A DNA stretch of 62,274 nt, the filler included, from Asterionella formosa (taxonomy: Eukaryota), in assembly GCA_002256025.1 (NCBI GenBank). It is 19 parts of 19 records of this genome, joined end to end, with 100 filler letters (N's around TTAATTAATTAA, not from the genome) between each part and the next. Parts side by side here need not be neighbours in the genome. Positions count along the whole stretch, not along the records: positions 1,881 to 30,406 come from NKIB01001211.1; positions 30,507 to 32,288 come from NKIB01001212.1; positions 32,389 to 34,167 come from NKIB01001213.1; 16 more parts are not named here. One strand, 5' to 3'. Every line of letters begins with the position of its first letter. Position 1 is the stretch's first letter. The notes below the pieces were generated by a model. It had not been told where the DNA came from, searched no databases, and saw nothing but the letters and a program-made list of their open reading frames with translations. Position numbers and translations under genes: made by a program. Below are positions 23,001 to 34,267 of the stretch, in pieces.

Positions 23001-23423
23001 TTTCACAATTGTCCTGATGATGTTTGCAGAGCATTTTTAGTTCCAAACATACTGTGCAATGTAGATGATGATTCATCGAAGACATATGATGACTTGAACG
23101 ACAAATGAAGATTTTATCACAAAATTTCGTTCCTCTCGACATGGCTGCTTTGTCGTTGTTGCAAGAATCAGAGTGAGGACTGGAGAGGAGGATGAGCCAA
23201 ACCACATTACTTTCACTGGTACATTCTCCTACCAAGAAATGTAAATAAAGGAACCTAAAAGAAACAATACATATAATAATTAAATTTAAATAGTCAAAAG
23301 GGTTACTATTTAAATTACGAGGGCATTTATCACAATTATTAGATGATACAGCGAAAAATTATGATCAGATGATCATAATCCTATGATGCATCATGGAAAT
23401 ATGATGGTTTTTATTTGCAGATG
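20027..23423. mobile_element. Putative non-autonomous element with inverted C(A/G)TCTG(C/T)AAATAAAAA termini and TGATCA-rich subterminal DNA
   Basis: Left end CGTCTGTAAATAAAAAATATCATG (20027); right end TTTTTATTTGCAGATG (23423); the left about 60 bp recurs at 37863-37924; no clear TSD. Confidence 0.65.
20438..20962 (-). CDS. Putative microexon ORF, 5' part unresolved; exons 20962-20893, 20813-20790, 20702-20672, 20586-20438
   Basis: Three GTAAGT..CTRAC..YAG introns of 79, 87 and 85 nt; the spliced frame is open for about 90 codons. Confidence 0.45.
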
Positions 23424-24559
23424 TTCTTTCCACTGTGCATCCTCTATCAGAATGAGCACACAGTGGTCTTCTATACCTTAATTTTCACTTCCAGTAGCTA
23501 TGTTTAGATCATTGCCTTTTCAAAATGAAATGAGAGAGTAAACAAAATTGAAGATGCTTTATTCGAACCTCTACCATTGCGAATGGCAGCAAGTCACATT
23601 CTCCAATGTTCTTGTACGACTTTCCTGTAAGAGATAATAACAACAATGTTAGCAAAACTTTTGCATCAAGTAAGCAAGGCATCTAAACGAAGATTTTTGC
23701 AACGAAACGATCACATGAACAATCCATCACTCCAATTTCCGTATGAGCAGGCAACGTGCATATAACTTGTTAGCTACCTGTGCTCTCATGGTTGACTGTT
23801 GCTTCCATTAAGAATGGTAGCAATCCACATTCTCTTCTCCAAGGTTCCTGTATGATTTTGAGGAGATAATATCAATGTTAGAAAAAGTGTTGCAACGATT
23901 AAAGCATCTCCAGCCACAGTTGTGCCACTAACTGTTGACATAATCAATCTTTATAGTAACTACACGTCGTTCTAATCGACATAACGAGCATCAAATGAGA
24001 GTTTAGTACCTTACCTATGCTCTCACTGTTGATTGATGGGTGACAGGTAGCATTGTTAACCCTCACATCTGCATATGTGGAAGGGAAAGATGTTATTAAT
24101 GTCGAAATCCAAGTTATTGGACACAGACACTACAAAGCCTTTGCAGCATTGTGCACAAAGATATTAAGTGCGGTTTCTTACCTCGTAATTAGGTTGATTT
24201 TTATCGTTCGTCCTGAGGAAGTGTAGAAACTTTGAGTGGTAGCAGCGCACACAAACAGCGATATATATTACTATGCTGGTACTGTGAAACTGTAGGTTTG
24301 CCCTACCAGCATTTACTTTTTCCCCTTGTCTCAATTCCCGGTCGAAACATGACGTGGTGGCTACAGTGAAACTGTACCTATTACTAAGCTGGTACTATGA
24401 AACTGTAGCTTAGCGCTACCAATCTAATGTCTATTACTGAGTATGTCGGTGCTGCATCGCTTCCGATTGCTTCCGTGCCCACTATATAATCCTATAGTAG
24501 ACAGACCATTATCCCTTTCTGCTTCCTTGTTCTGTTACAGTCACGTTTTTCTTGACAAC

Positions 24560-26300
24560 TTGACATTTGCACACTATCGATAATGCCATATATCACTTGT
24601 TATCTAAAATGGTAAATGTTCCGAGTGCTACAAGGAATGGAACAATCTTGGTTGTGAAGGGGATACCGATCGCAGATTTTTCAATCAGGAAAAACATGTT
24701 TCTATGGCATATTTCATGTCTGTTCAAGAGACAACGTAGGAATAAGGAATGACTCTTACTGGTTAGATACTTTGATCATGATGACAAAGGCAAGGAGAAG
24801 AGACTAGATGACATTGTCCTGGATTTTGTTTTCAACAAATTCTATGTGGTACTAAAGTCTGGCTTGTTTAACAAAACATCATTTGAAACTTCAAGGAAAT
24901 TTCGGAATCATATAGGACCAGCGATGATTTTATGGAAAACTCACTTTCCTCGATATTTTAGACTACATCAGAAAGTCAACAATATGTGCCACCAAATGCA
25001 CCCATGAACTACATCCAGACTGGCAACCATGTCCTGTTTCAATATTTCCAACTCCATACTGGATAAATGGGACAAATCACTTTCCTCCTTGACCTGTTTT
25101 TTATTTACTTTCCCAATCACTCCTACAATTTCGGAACTCTTTGATGACAAGTCATGGACTGCTTCTTCCGGATTGGCAACCATTTCTGGAGTTGCCTTTA
25201 ATTTTGCATTTTGCTTTTGCTTTGGAAGGGGGAGACTTTATATCAAGTCTATCAGATTCTATAGATTCAATAGACGCTCTGAGGAAGTAGAAACAAGATC
25301 TACCATGGGCATACAAGCAACACGATCTTTACTTCTTGGAATGGTATAGGGAGAAGATGAACTGGCATCAACTATTAAGTTTTCGCTCGCCTGTGTCAAT
25401 GCATAAACGGAGAATACACAACGTTGGTGATCTTTTTTTGGAATGACAGGTATGACAAATTCCATCGGCTTGTCAGGAAAAAAAGTATCCCAATTTAGGC
25501 GATGCTTCTCAAATGTGGCCGTTATGGTGCACAGAAGCTTGTTCCCTTTTTCAGTATCAATACCAGCACCGACAATATTAGTAAAAATACAGGGATCATT
25601 TGAAATGCCCCAATGATGGAGAAGTTTATCAACATCATTGGACTCATTTCGACAACCATTGTTGCTGTATGACATTGGAATCAGCTATTGATTGTTTCTG
25701 GTACCCTCAAAAATATTTTACACTTCTTCGGAGTGGCAAGAACATATGTGTGGGACAACCTACACTACTACGTATAGTATTTAAGCTATACATATAAAGC
25801 GGTCAGTTTGTGGGGTTAGACTGTCCTATATATTGCCTCTGATGTCGCCGATAAAAAGAGATTTCTTAAAACAATGGGATATTACAATGTTATTAAGCAA
25901 AGTTACGATTGTTACTTCGAGCTATTCAAGGTTCAAGTGGTGCTACTATTTCCTGAATGAAATGAAGCTACTTCCTGATGAGTGATGTTGTGGCTCTAAT
26001 TCTGCAGCATACAAACGTGCTCGCCAATAGCTCATCAATGAGAATGGAAGACCCATGATTAAGGCCATGAGCAACAAACTGCGAAGCCATCTGGTCCATC
26101 TTCACTTTGATCCACATCTCATCTTGAAGAACAGATTCGAAATACGGATCGATGTTCGCAATGGGCGAATTATGATCAAAAGGTATTGTTATCTTCTTGA
26201 TTTCGGTTGGAATTGGAATCGGGTATGGCCTTCAATGCATAGTTCTCCAATTCTGTCTTATAAATTGACCAAAGCTTTTGAACAATCAAACTTCGCCAGC
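24560..26300 (-). pseudogene. Decayed ORF(s) of unknown family
   Basis: ORFs 25259-25675 and 24968-25183 share a frame across a few stops; another protein-like stretch (PIPTEIKKITIPFDHNSPIANIDPYFESVLQDEMW...) lies near 26210-25965. Confidence 0.3.
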
Positions 26301-26642
26301 ATAATTCCCCATCAATATCGAGACCATATCATTCGTTATAAGACTGAGATCATTGTCGTCCCCGCAAGAAGGTAGCTTGTAAGGGATTGTTCAACAAACG
26401 CACATGGCTTGTAAGAATTTCGATTACTGATATGCGAATGGAGAGATAATGACGAATACTACCGGTACAATAATTGGATCAAAGCATGTACTGGTAGAGC
26501 ATTCAAATCGGAATGGCAACAAGGAACGCACCATTCTTGCACAGAATTCATTCTTTTAGCATCGTTGGGTACAAGGTTTACATACATGTTGCATCATCCC
26601 TCTCTCTCACTCTCTTTGTCTCCTCCTATAATTAATTATACC

Positions 26643-27102
26643 ATGTCATACTACAACTACAATGCTTTCGTTGAAACAATCAGCACTGCCCGAGAACAAC
26701 ATGATCTCAAAACAGCCGTTGATACCTTTAGTGAATTATCATCTTATTGTCCCATGACGCCAATATGTCAGTGACAGTGGCAAATTGCTAAATGATCTTC
26801 TCAATAATGATGATGATGGTGATGATTAAGAAACAGCAGTATAACAACAGCAACAGCATCAAGAAGCAACAGAAGTGAGGTTGCAAACGTTGGAATTGGG
26901 ATTGGGGGAATTTCCGGGCTGCGCCATGTTAAGATTGCACTATTTGTTAGTCTTATTACTGCCGGTACACATGAATGAGAGTCACGATGAAAACCAGATT
27001 AGTAATCACGACACAATTATACATGCCTTTAAGGATGCACTTGATCAAGTTGGATCTGGATCACATAGGAATGAAGGAGCAGTGGTTGTTCAGATTTTAT
27101 AA
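26643..27102 (+). pseudogene. 5' fragment of a SART3/Prp24-like HAT-repeat splicing factor
   Basis: MSYYNYNAFVETISTAREQ..SYCPMTPI, LELGLGEFPGCAMLRLHYL and AFKDALDQVGSGSHRNEGAVVVQI resemble SART3 N-terminal repeats; internal stops, abrupt end. Confidence 0.55.
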
Positions 27103-27107
27103 ACATG

Positions 27108-27365
27108 AACCATGAGCACACATGTTGGCATACCGGTCTCCTGATATATATTTGTGTTTTGGTGTTGAGCAAAATCATGTCTACATCCAGCAATGTTGAT
27201 ATAGTATTAACGTTTAAATATCATTTTTATTTGTTTGAAATGGAACTCTATCAATTTGGCGCTGATTCCTATTTAATTCAAATATTCAAATGGACACTTG
27301 AATCATGGGAACTCATAGTAGAAAACTCCCTGTTCCACGCCATTTTTACAACCCTAGCGATATTT
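27108..27365 (+). repeat. Dispersed repeat; inverted copy at about 50535-50780
   Basis: CCATGAGCA.ACATGTTGGCAT...AATATTCAAATGGACACT.GAATCATGGGAA...TTTTACAACCCTAGCGATATT is shared between the two contigs. Confidence 0.85.
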
Positions 27366-27401
27366 TCTCCAATCTAGGGTTAAGACGGGGCTGCAACCTT
27401 A

Positions 27402-28104
27402 CATCTAAGCCGCAAAATACGCCACTTTTCGAAATTTCATTTACATAGGAGTGTTAATTATAGGGTACTTGACATGAATTAATGCCACTCTTCCCGTAAA
27501 AAATGTTACTTTTAAAGGTTTCATGTGAAGTTTAAACGGTTTCATGTGAAGTTTTCACAATGAACTTTGAACTTAGACTGAATTAGTTGATGTTTCAAAT
27601 AATTCATTTCAAAGTTCAAATAATATCCTGATCTCGTTGCTAATTCATTTACTACACGCATCTTTATTTGTGAAATACATCTACATCTAAGCCGCGAAAT
27701 ACGCCACTATTCGAAATTTCGTCTATGTATGAGTGTTTATTATGTGGTACTTCACATGCATTAATGCCCCTCTTCCCTTAAAAAAGGTTACTTTTAACGG
27801 TTTCATATGAAGTTCTCACAATGAACTTTGAATGCAAGACTGAATTATTTGATGTTTCAAATAATTCATTTGACTTTTCGAAATTTCGTCTACGTACGAG
27901 TGTTAATTATGTGGTACTTCACATGCATTGATGCCACTCTTCACGTAAAAAGATTACTTTTAACGGTTTCATGTGAAGTTTTCACAATGAATTTTGAACG
28001 GGAGACTGGATTAGTTGACGTTTCAAATAATTCATTTGAAAAAAAACTAAGATCCTGCTCTTGAGGCTAATACATTCACAACACGCATTTTACTTAATAA
28101 AATA
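27402..28104 (+). repeat. Duplicated CATCTAAG element end (27402 and 27684) with about 166-bp subterminal tandem units
   Basis: Unit ACTTTTCGAAATTTCG...TTTCAAATAATTCATTT at about 27424, 27706 and 27872; same unit at 45151 and 45338, and inverted at 1881-2000. Confidence 0.88.
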
Positions 28105-28199
28105 GTAAGGATATTTGTGGTGTCTAATGTCATCCTCCATCTGAGATCAAAGTTTTACGGTTGTACACATCACATGAAGAACTCACACTTTCCGGTAAA

Positions 28200-30211
28200 A
28201 AAGCTCCCTCTGGAGCCATTTTTGTTTTCTCTTGGGATATTCCGTACAACTGTAAGGAACAAAGTCATTGCTTGGCGCCCCCTTGGTCTAATACCAAAAC
28301 TTGATGGTCAGAGTCTTGCAATGAACAAAAATATGACTGCCGACAATAAGTGCAAGGATTATCATACAATTTTGGCAATTATATTGTCGGGAGTTCAAGA
28401 GACTCAGAAATCTGGTGGCTTCAAGTATAATTTCAATTTCCATGGCAAACAGCATAGCCTGGTTGTAAAGGTACCGGTCGGGTTGGTGCTTGGCGCTTGG
28501 CGATGCGGAAGGATTGGACAATCAGTGTGGGAGGATTAAATATTACCTGAAAACTTTTCGTCTCTGTCGGGAATGTGATTGTTCATACGACAAATTAGAT
28601 AAACCATCAATCAAATGCTCTCCAGTAGGGCAAGTGGGTTATGCTGCCCTATTAGGAATGAACGACAAAACACTAATGGATGCCGTGTCACAACGTTTTA
28701 TTACACCTTGCTGGTATGCGATGGATTTTGGTGGAGATCCATTGGGAATCAATGGCCATTGCCCTCCTGAAAAGTTGCACTCAATACATGAGGGAATGAT
28801 GCGTTATCTCATTCTTCTGTTCTCGGTAAAGTTCGGCACTGTTACCTCTGCTCAGGGGTTGAAAAATAGAACCGCTTTTGATACATTATTCATAAAAGTG
28901 TCAAAGATGATGCAACATCAAAGCGATCGGGATATGCCAATGTGCAATTTTCATGGTGGATTCCATGGATGTTTTCCAAAGATAACAGGAAATGAAACCG
29001 TTGGGGTAATGCTTGTTGCTTGTTTGGTAATGCCTAGTACAGACGCCGGAATCAAGCATTGCAAGGATAAGGTTGGAATGTCAATGCAGGAAATAAAAGA
29101 CATCCAAATCATTTTCGAGGGCATGGTTTGTTATAATTCCTGGTTCAGCCAAAAAAGTTATGACGTACATCGATTGATGGAAATTGATTGTCAATCCATT
29201 GTCAAGTACTACACAAAATTAGTCAAGATTTTCCCAAGAGAAACGACAGAGCAATGCTGGAAAATGACAAAGTTTCATTAGCAGATGCATGCTGTCCAAA
29301 ATATCGAACAGTTTGGCAGTCCGCAAGTTTTCAATGGGGGACCAATGGAAAAGAATTTAAAATTCCTTTGCAAGTTACCAGCTAAAACATCTCAAAAACG
29401 ACATCACCTAATGGACCTTCAATCTGGACAACGAATTATCGAAAACATTGCCATAGGTGTTGCATGTCGGGAATTTTTGGGAAGAGATCCTTTTGAACAT
29501 GACAATACAGATTCGCTCGCAGATGATGGTACTACTAATGAAACCCCAAGCTATGGGACTGACAGTATAAGCACATCTACAGGTGGTGCACGCTTTATCT
29601 TAAAGTTATAGGAAAATAATGGTGGATTCGCTATTGCCTCTGTCACTTCTAATTCAGCGACTATAAAGACATCAGGAGTTGACCTTGATTTAATTCGATT
29701 TCTAGGAAAGGAAGTGCTTCCCTTCATAACCAAAAAGTCAATTGAGGTCCTGTGTGAACACAAACGAGATGGAAATACTTTCCATGCCCATCCCAATTAT
29801 TTGGGACAGGGGTCTTGGTATGATTGGGCCGACTTCAAATGGATAGACGAGGAAAGTGGTATACCTTACATAGTGTTGGGGAAAATCTTTGGTTTTGTAT
29901 TGCTTGGGCCTGAATTTGATTTTACTGATCCACGATTGTGTGCATCACTCCGCAACGAAACAACTGGAATCTTTGCAATTGTGAACTCATGTAAGGATCC
30001 AAGTGAGAGTTTATTTAATAGCCGTCGTTCTAAAATGTTTGAGATAGCACACCTGATGGGTTATGAATCAGGAAAGAGAAAACAGCTCATGTTTGTTACA
30101 GTCGATTGTATTTCTGCTCCTGCTGTTGTTGTCCCTAATATTGGAGGAATACCTGGGTCGGTATTACAAGTTAAACCTCAGCATACTTGGCAATCTTTTT
30201 TCTCATTTTGA
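28200..30211 (+). pseudogene. Plavaka-type (CACTA/EnSpm-related) transposase pseudogene, N-terminus missing
   Basis: LEPFLFSLGIF..AWRPLGLIP, LGDAEGLDNQCGR..LCRECDC, PPEKLHSIHEG, QHQSDRDMP, KFH*QMH..IEQFGSPQVFNGGPME, HAHPNYLGQGSWYDWA; frameshift near 28495, stops at 29279 and 29609. Confidence 0.8.
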
Positions 30212-30506
30212 GATTCTAGATATGCATGCACACAACACAGCATTACTAGTTATTTCTTTTAATATACATATTAGCTACCGGTAGCTATATGTATGAACGT
30301 TGTATGCTACACGAAGGCCAAAGCGAGCGCTGGTCAATGTGTACGACAGGGTCTCCAATAAATCAGTTCTCGACCATGCCCGGAAGCCTTCCGAAATCAA
30401 GAAAATNNNNNNNNNNNNNNNNNNNNNNNNNNNNNNNNNNNNNNNNNNNNTTAATTAATTAANNNNNNNNNNNNNNNNNNNNNNNNNNNNNNNNNNNNNN
30501 NNNNNN

Positions 30507-32288
30507 TTGGTGACTTACCGCTTACCACACCAACTGATGAATCAGATATCCATAGTACTTGATGGGTACTGGTACAACGTGGTTGTACCATCTACGTAGA
30601 TACATACTAGCCTAGTAAAAAGTACTGCTGGAACTGAACGAATATTGCAGTGCAGTGTGGGCGCGTGGATGAACGTACCGTGTCATACGGTACAGGGGAC
30701 TAACTAGTCGTTAGAGTGTTTTAGCGATAGTACAGCGTGCAAGCTTGGAGCAGCGAATGCGCTAGAACGGCGTAGGTTTATATATCTTTAAGTCTATCTT
30801 TTCAACCTTTATCTTTCTTTCCTTGTGCACCATGTAAGTTGTTCTGCCGACAACACTAGCGTATTTATTCGGTTTATCAGACCCACCGTCTATCGATTAC
30901 CACTTGAGTTATCTTTGAATCGGAGAAGAGCGTACAGTGCGAGCGAATAGGAGCGTCGAATTCGAACCATCGAGACAAGGCGTCTGGCATTACGTGTTCG
31001 TAACGAATTTTTCATATTCAGTATGTAGTGTCACATGTGCGTACCGAATTTGGATGATGACGATCATTCGCAGGCGTCGGTGACCGTGTGCACTCGAGTC
31101 GTACCGACGGGTATCCGCAGACGACCAGCGAGCGATAGCGATTGTGGCCGGAGTTGAACTGATCACTCAACGACGGCATTGGCGTAACTGTGCTGCCTGA
31201 ACACAAGCACTATTCGTTACAGCGGGAATCCACTGACGACATGCGTTTGCGTTTGCGAAAATCGTTACAGCGGGAATCCACTGACGACATGCGTTTGCGT
31301 TTGCGAATTACTATCATTCTCTTTTTCCAGCAAATCCACTCATTATCATGGCGAATAACTTGGTCGGAGTCGCCCACGTTCTGTTGGCAATCGGTTTTGA
31401 GGTCACTGTCGAACGTATGAACATCATGGCAGCAGGTATTAGCGAGTTTGAGGACTTCCGTTATCTAGTAGAAAAGGACATTCGTGACATGGCGGACGAA
31501 TTTGCGAAGCGTAGCGTGGCAAACGGTAAGATTGTTTTTGGACTTGGACGCACAAAGAAATTGACAGGCGTTATGCATTGGGTCCAGGATTGTCATCGAG
31601 TTAACGACGTTCCGGACCACAACGATTTCAATGTTGAGATTCTATATCAATCGTTGAGCCTTGCGCAGATCAGGAAGTCCGACATAGATCTCGTGGCTAG
31701 TACTAATTCCAAGGCTGCCGATCCGGGAAAATTCAAAGATGAGAGGAAGTGGCCTGAGTGGGAAAAGGCCTTTATCAACTACTTGGCTGTCATTCCCGGC
31801 GTTAGCGGCATACCGTTGTCTTATGTGGTAAGAGAAGCGGAGGATCCCGAAGCTGAGGCCGATTATGGCTCATTCAACGAGCGCATGATCCATCGTGCCC
31901 CACTTAACGGTCAGTATTACATTGCGGATGCAAGACGTGTGCATACACTGTTACTTGGTTTTCTACAGGGCGAACAGACAGAAAATTGGATTCATTCCAT
32001 CTCTCGTTATCAGGACGGTCGTAGGGACATGGTCGCATTGAGGCGGCACTATGCTGGCGAAGGAAATTCCACACGTAGGATTGCTGACGCCAAGAAGATT
32101 CAATCGTCCCTCCACTACAAGACAGAGCGTGCGTTACCTTTTAACAAGTTCTTGGATTCACTACAACGTATGTTCACGATCTTCGAAGAAGAGAACGAGC
32201 CTTTGTCCGAAAGAGCGAAAGTAGACGAGCTATTGTCCAAAGTGCAGAGCTCCGGCTTATCTGCCGCAGTCGCCCAACTCAGATACCA
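30507..32288 (+). mobile_element. CoDi-like copia 5' region: probable partial LTR (to about 30855), leader, and Gag ORF 31348 to contig end
   Basis: Gag motifs DPGKFKDERKWPEWEKAFINYL..IPGVSGIPLSYVVRE and DGRRDMVALRRHYAGEG resemble diatom copia Gag; LTR boundary (CAACA at 30851-30855) is tentative. Confidence 0.8.
31214..31307 (+). repeat. 48-bp-period tandem duplication in the copia leader
   Basis: TCGTTACAGCGGGAATCCACTGACGACATGCGTTTGCGTTTGCGAA at 31214 and 31262. Confidence 0.95.
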
Positions 32289-32388
32289 NNNNNNNNNNNN
32301 NNNNNNNNNNNNNNNNNNNNNNNNNNNNNNNNTTAATTAATTAANNNNNNNNNNNNNNNNNNNNNNNNNNNNNNNNNNNNNNNNNNNN

Positions 32389-33470
32389 CGTCGAAGAATC
32401 AAGTCAATCGCATTGACAAAGGTTTTGAGGTGTTCCTCTTGCGAAACCGAACCTGGGCTGCTCGACCATGAGAGAGCCGATAATGAAGTACCAAATGAAC
32501 TGCAGATCGCAGTGTACAAATGGTCAATGTCGTTCCAATGTTGACAGTCTGGAATGACAGTTACGAGGTACTTGCAGCTACTGTCATATTGCAGCGTACG
32601 AATCAAGTTAACAAGTGAGTGCGACTTGCCAATTCCCTGCGGTCCCTTAATCATGATTCCAGCCGGACCACCTATATTGAAGGCATCTTCAACCGCTTTC
32701 ATCATATCCTTCACAATTTCAGGCCGATATAAGATTCCCCGTCTCTTGCAATCATTAAACCGCACTTTTCGGAGCCCTTTCATCCAGTAACTATCTTCGG
32801 GGGAAAAGACGGGAACAATGGGATCAGAAGGAGGTAAAGAATCGTCAGAATCAGATAAAGTAGGTTCAAAAGGAAGCTCGTTTCGATCAATCTTGTAGAT
32901 ATGCATTGTCTGTGGAACGATTCGCTTTTCCTGATCCACCTTCAAGCGCTTGAAATGAACGTTGAGCTTCTCCTTTATAAGCAATATTAAGGTCGAGGCT
33001 TCCTCCTGCTCATCATTTTGTTTCTGGCGTTTCGTCGTTCCTTGGTCTTTTCAACAGTAGCGAGTATTTGTATGGGATAAATGATACGAAATGATACGTG
33101 AGTATTAGGAGCTGTGACCTACAATACAATAGAAGGTATTCCATGAGATCAAAACACGTACCAATATCAGGTTGGATGACCACGATCAGGATCACGATCA
33201 CGAACGCATTCTTGCTGCTAGTTCCCCAATTCAGATGAACAACCAGACCTCCAGGATCCATGGTTGGATCATCAGCTCCCTCAGGAACCGGCACTTGAGT
33301 TCCAGGTGGGCACACACGGAGCCGCGCTGAGGAAACACCTTGAAGATCGTCACCACATTTAATCTTCACAGCTTCCATCAAGTCAGCAATGACATCATTC
33401 TGATTCAACGTGACATAAACTGGCAATAGTCCTGCGTTTCCAAGAAACAACTGGAACCGGTACCTGGTTG
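32389..33470 (-). CDS. Crinkler/RHS(CR)-like protein: Ubl-like header plus P-loop NTPase; intron 33161-33047; 3' cut by contig end; start unresolved
   Basis: Header FQLFLG..DVIADLMEAVKIKCGDDLQGVSSARLRVCPPG; GTACGT..AAAAG intron joins in frame (I-D-QGTTKRQK); Walker A GPQGIGKSHSL then YLVTVIPDCQHW. Confidence 0.65.
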
Positions 33471-34267
33471 TGAGTACAAGACAATGGAAGTGAGAGGAAA
33501 GGAGAGGAAAGGAGAGGAGAACCTTCTGTCAATATATAAAGAAGGGTCAGCAATGTTGTGAATGTACCATCATGAAACAGGTTCCAGTACCATGTACCAG
33601 TTACTCTACTATATCGGCACATGCTTTCTTTTGCTGTCATGGTACTTTTGTCAACCTTGTTTTCTACATACAGGATCTTGTATACATATATATTTATAGT
33701 CATATGGAATACAACTTCGTCTTGCGATCCAGCATCCTACTGCGTGGCGGGTATGATTGTACACCCTGGGAGTTCCGGGAAAGTCCGACTTTTGCGAATA
33801 TTTGTCCGCATGTGTGTATACAAAACACATATTAATTAATCAACAATGTATGTGAACCATTCACAAAAATATGGACAGGTCCGAGTACCGGTATGTCATA
33901 CTCGTACCGGTAGGAGTATACCGGTCGTATTATACCGGTCGTAGTATACTGGACGAAGTTAATTTTCAATGTTCTCTCATACATAGATTGCGGACAGCAT
34001 ACCGTAGTGAACCTTGAACTGTAACGGTACCAGGTAGTACTAAGTGTATTCATAAGCAGTTCATAATGGTCTCTAGACTCTAGATTAGGTCCTTAGCACT
34101 ACATGTACATGACCCCTAGAAGACAAACTCCCCTCACCCCAAATACTGCAAAAACTACCTTCTTCACNNNNNNNNNNNNNNNNNNNNNNNNNNNNNNNNN
34201 NNNNNNNNNNNTTAATTAATTAANNNNNNNNNNNNNNNNNNNNNNNNNNNNNNNNNNNNNNNNNNNN

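Noticed and set aside
22345..23235. Possible zinc finger plus Ulp1-like protease relic inside the CATCTG element
   Set aside because: Only faint resemblance (NAFETFIDNKW, LIDWLWL); no catalytic His/Cys motifs recovered
27351..27380. ACCCTAG...CTAGGGT hairpin as a Helitron 3' end
   Set aside because: CTAG lies within the stem rather than downstream of a GC-rich hairpin, and no Rep/helicase is seen
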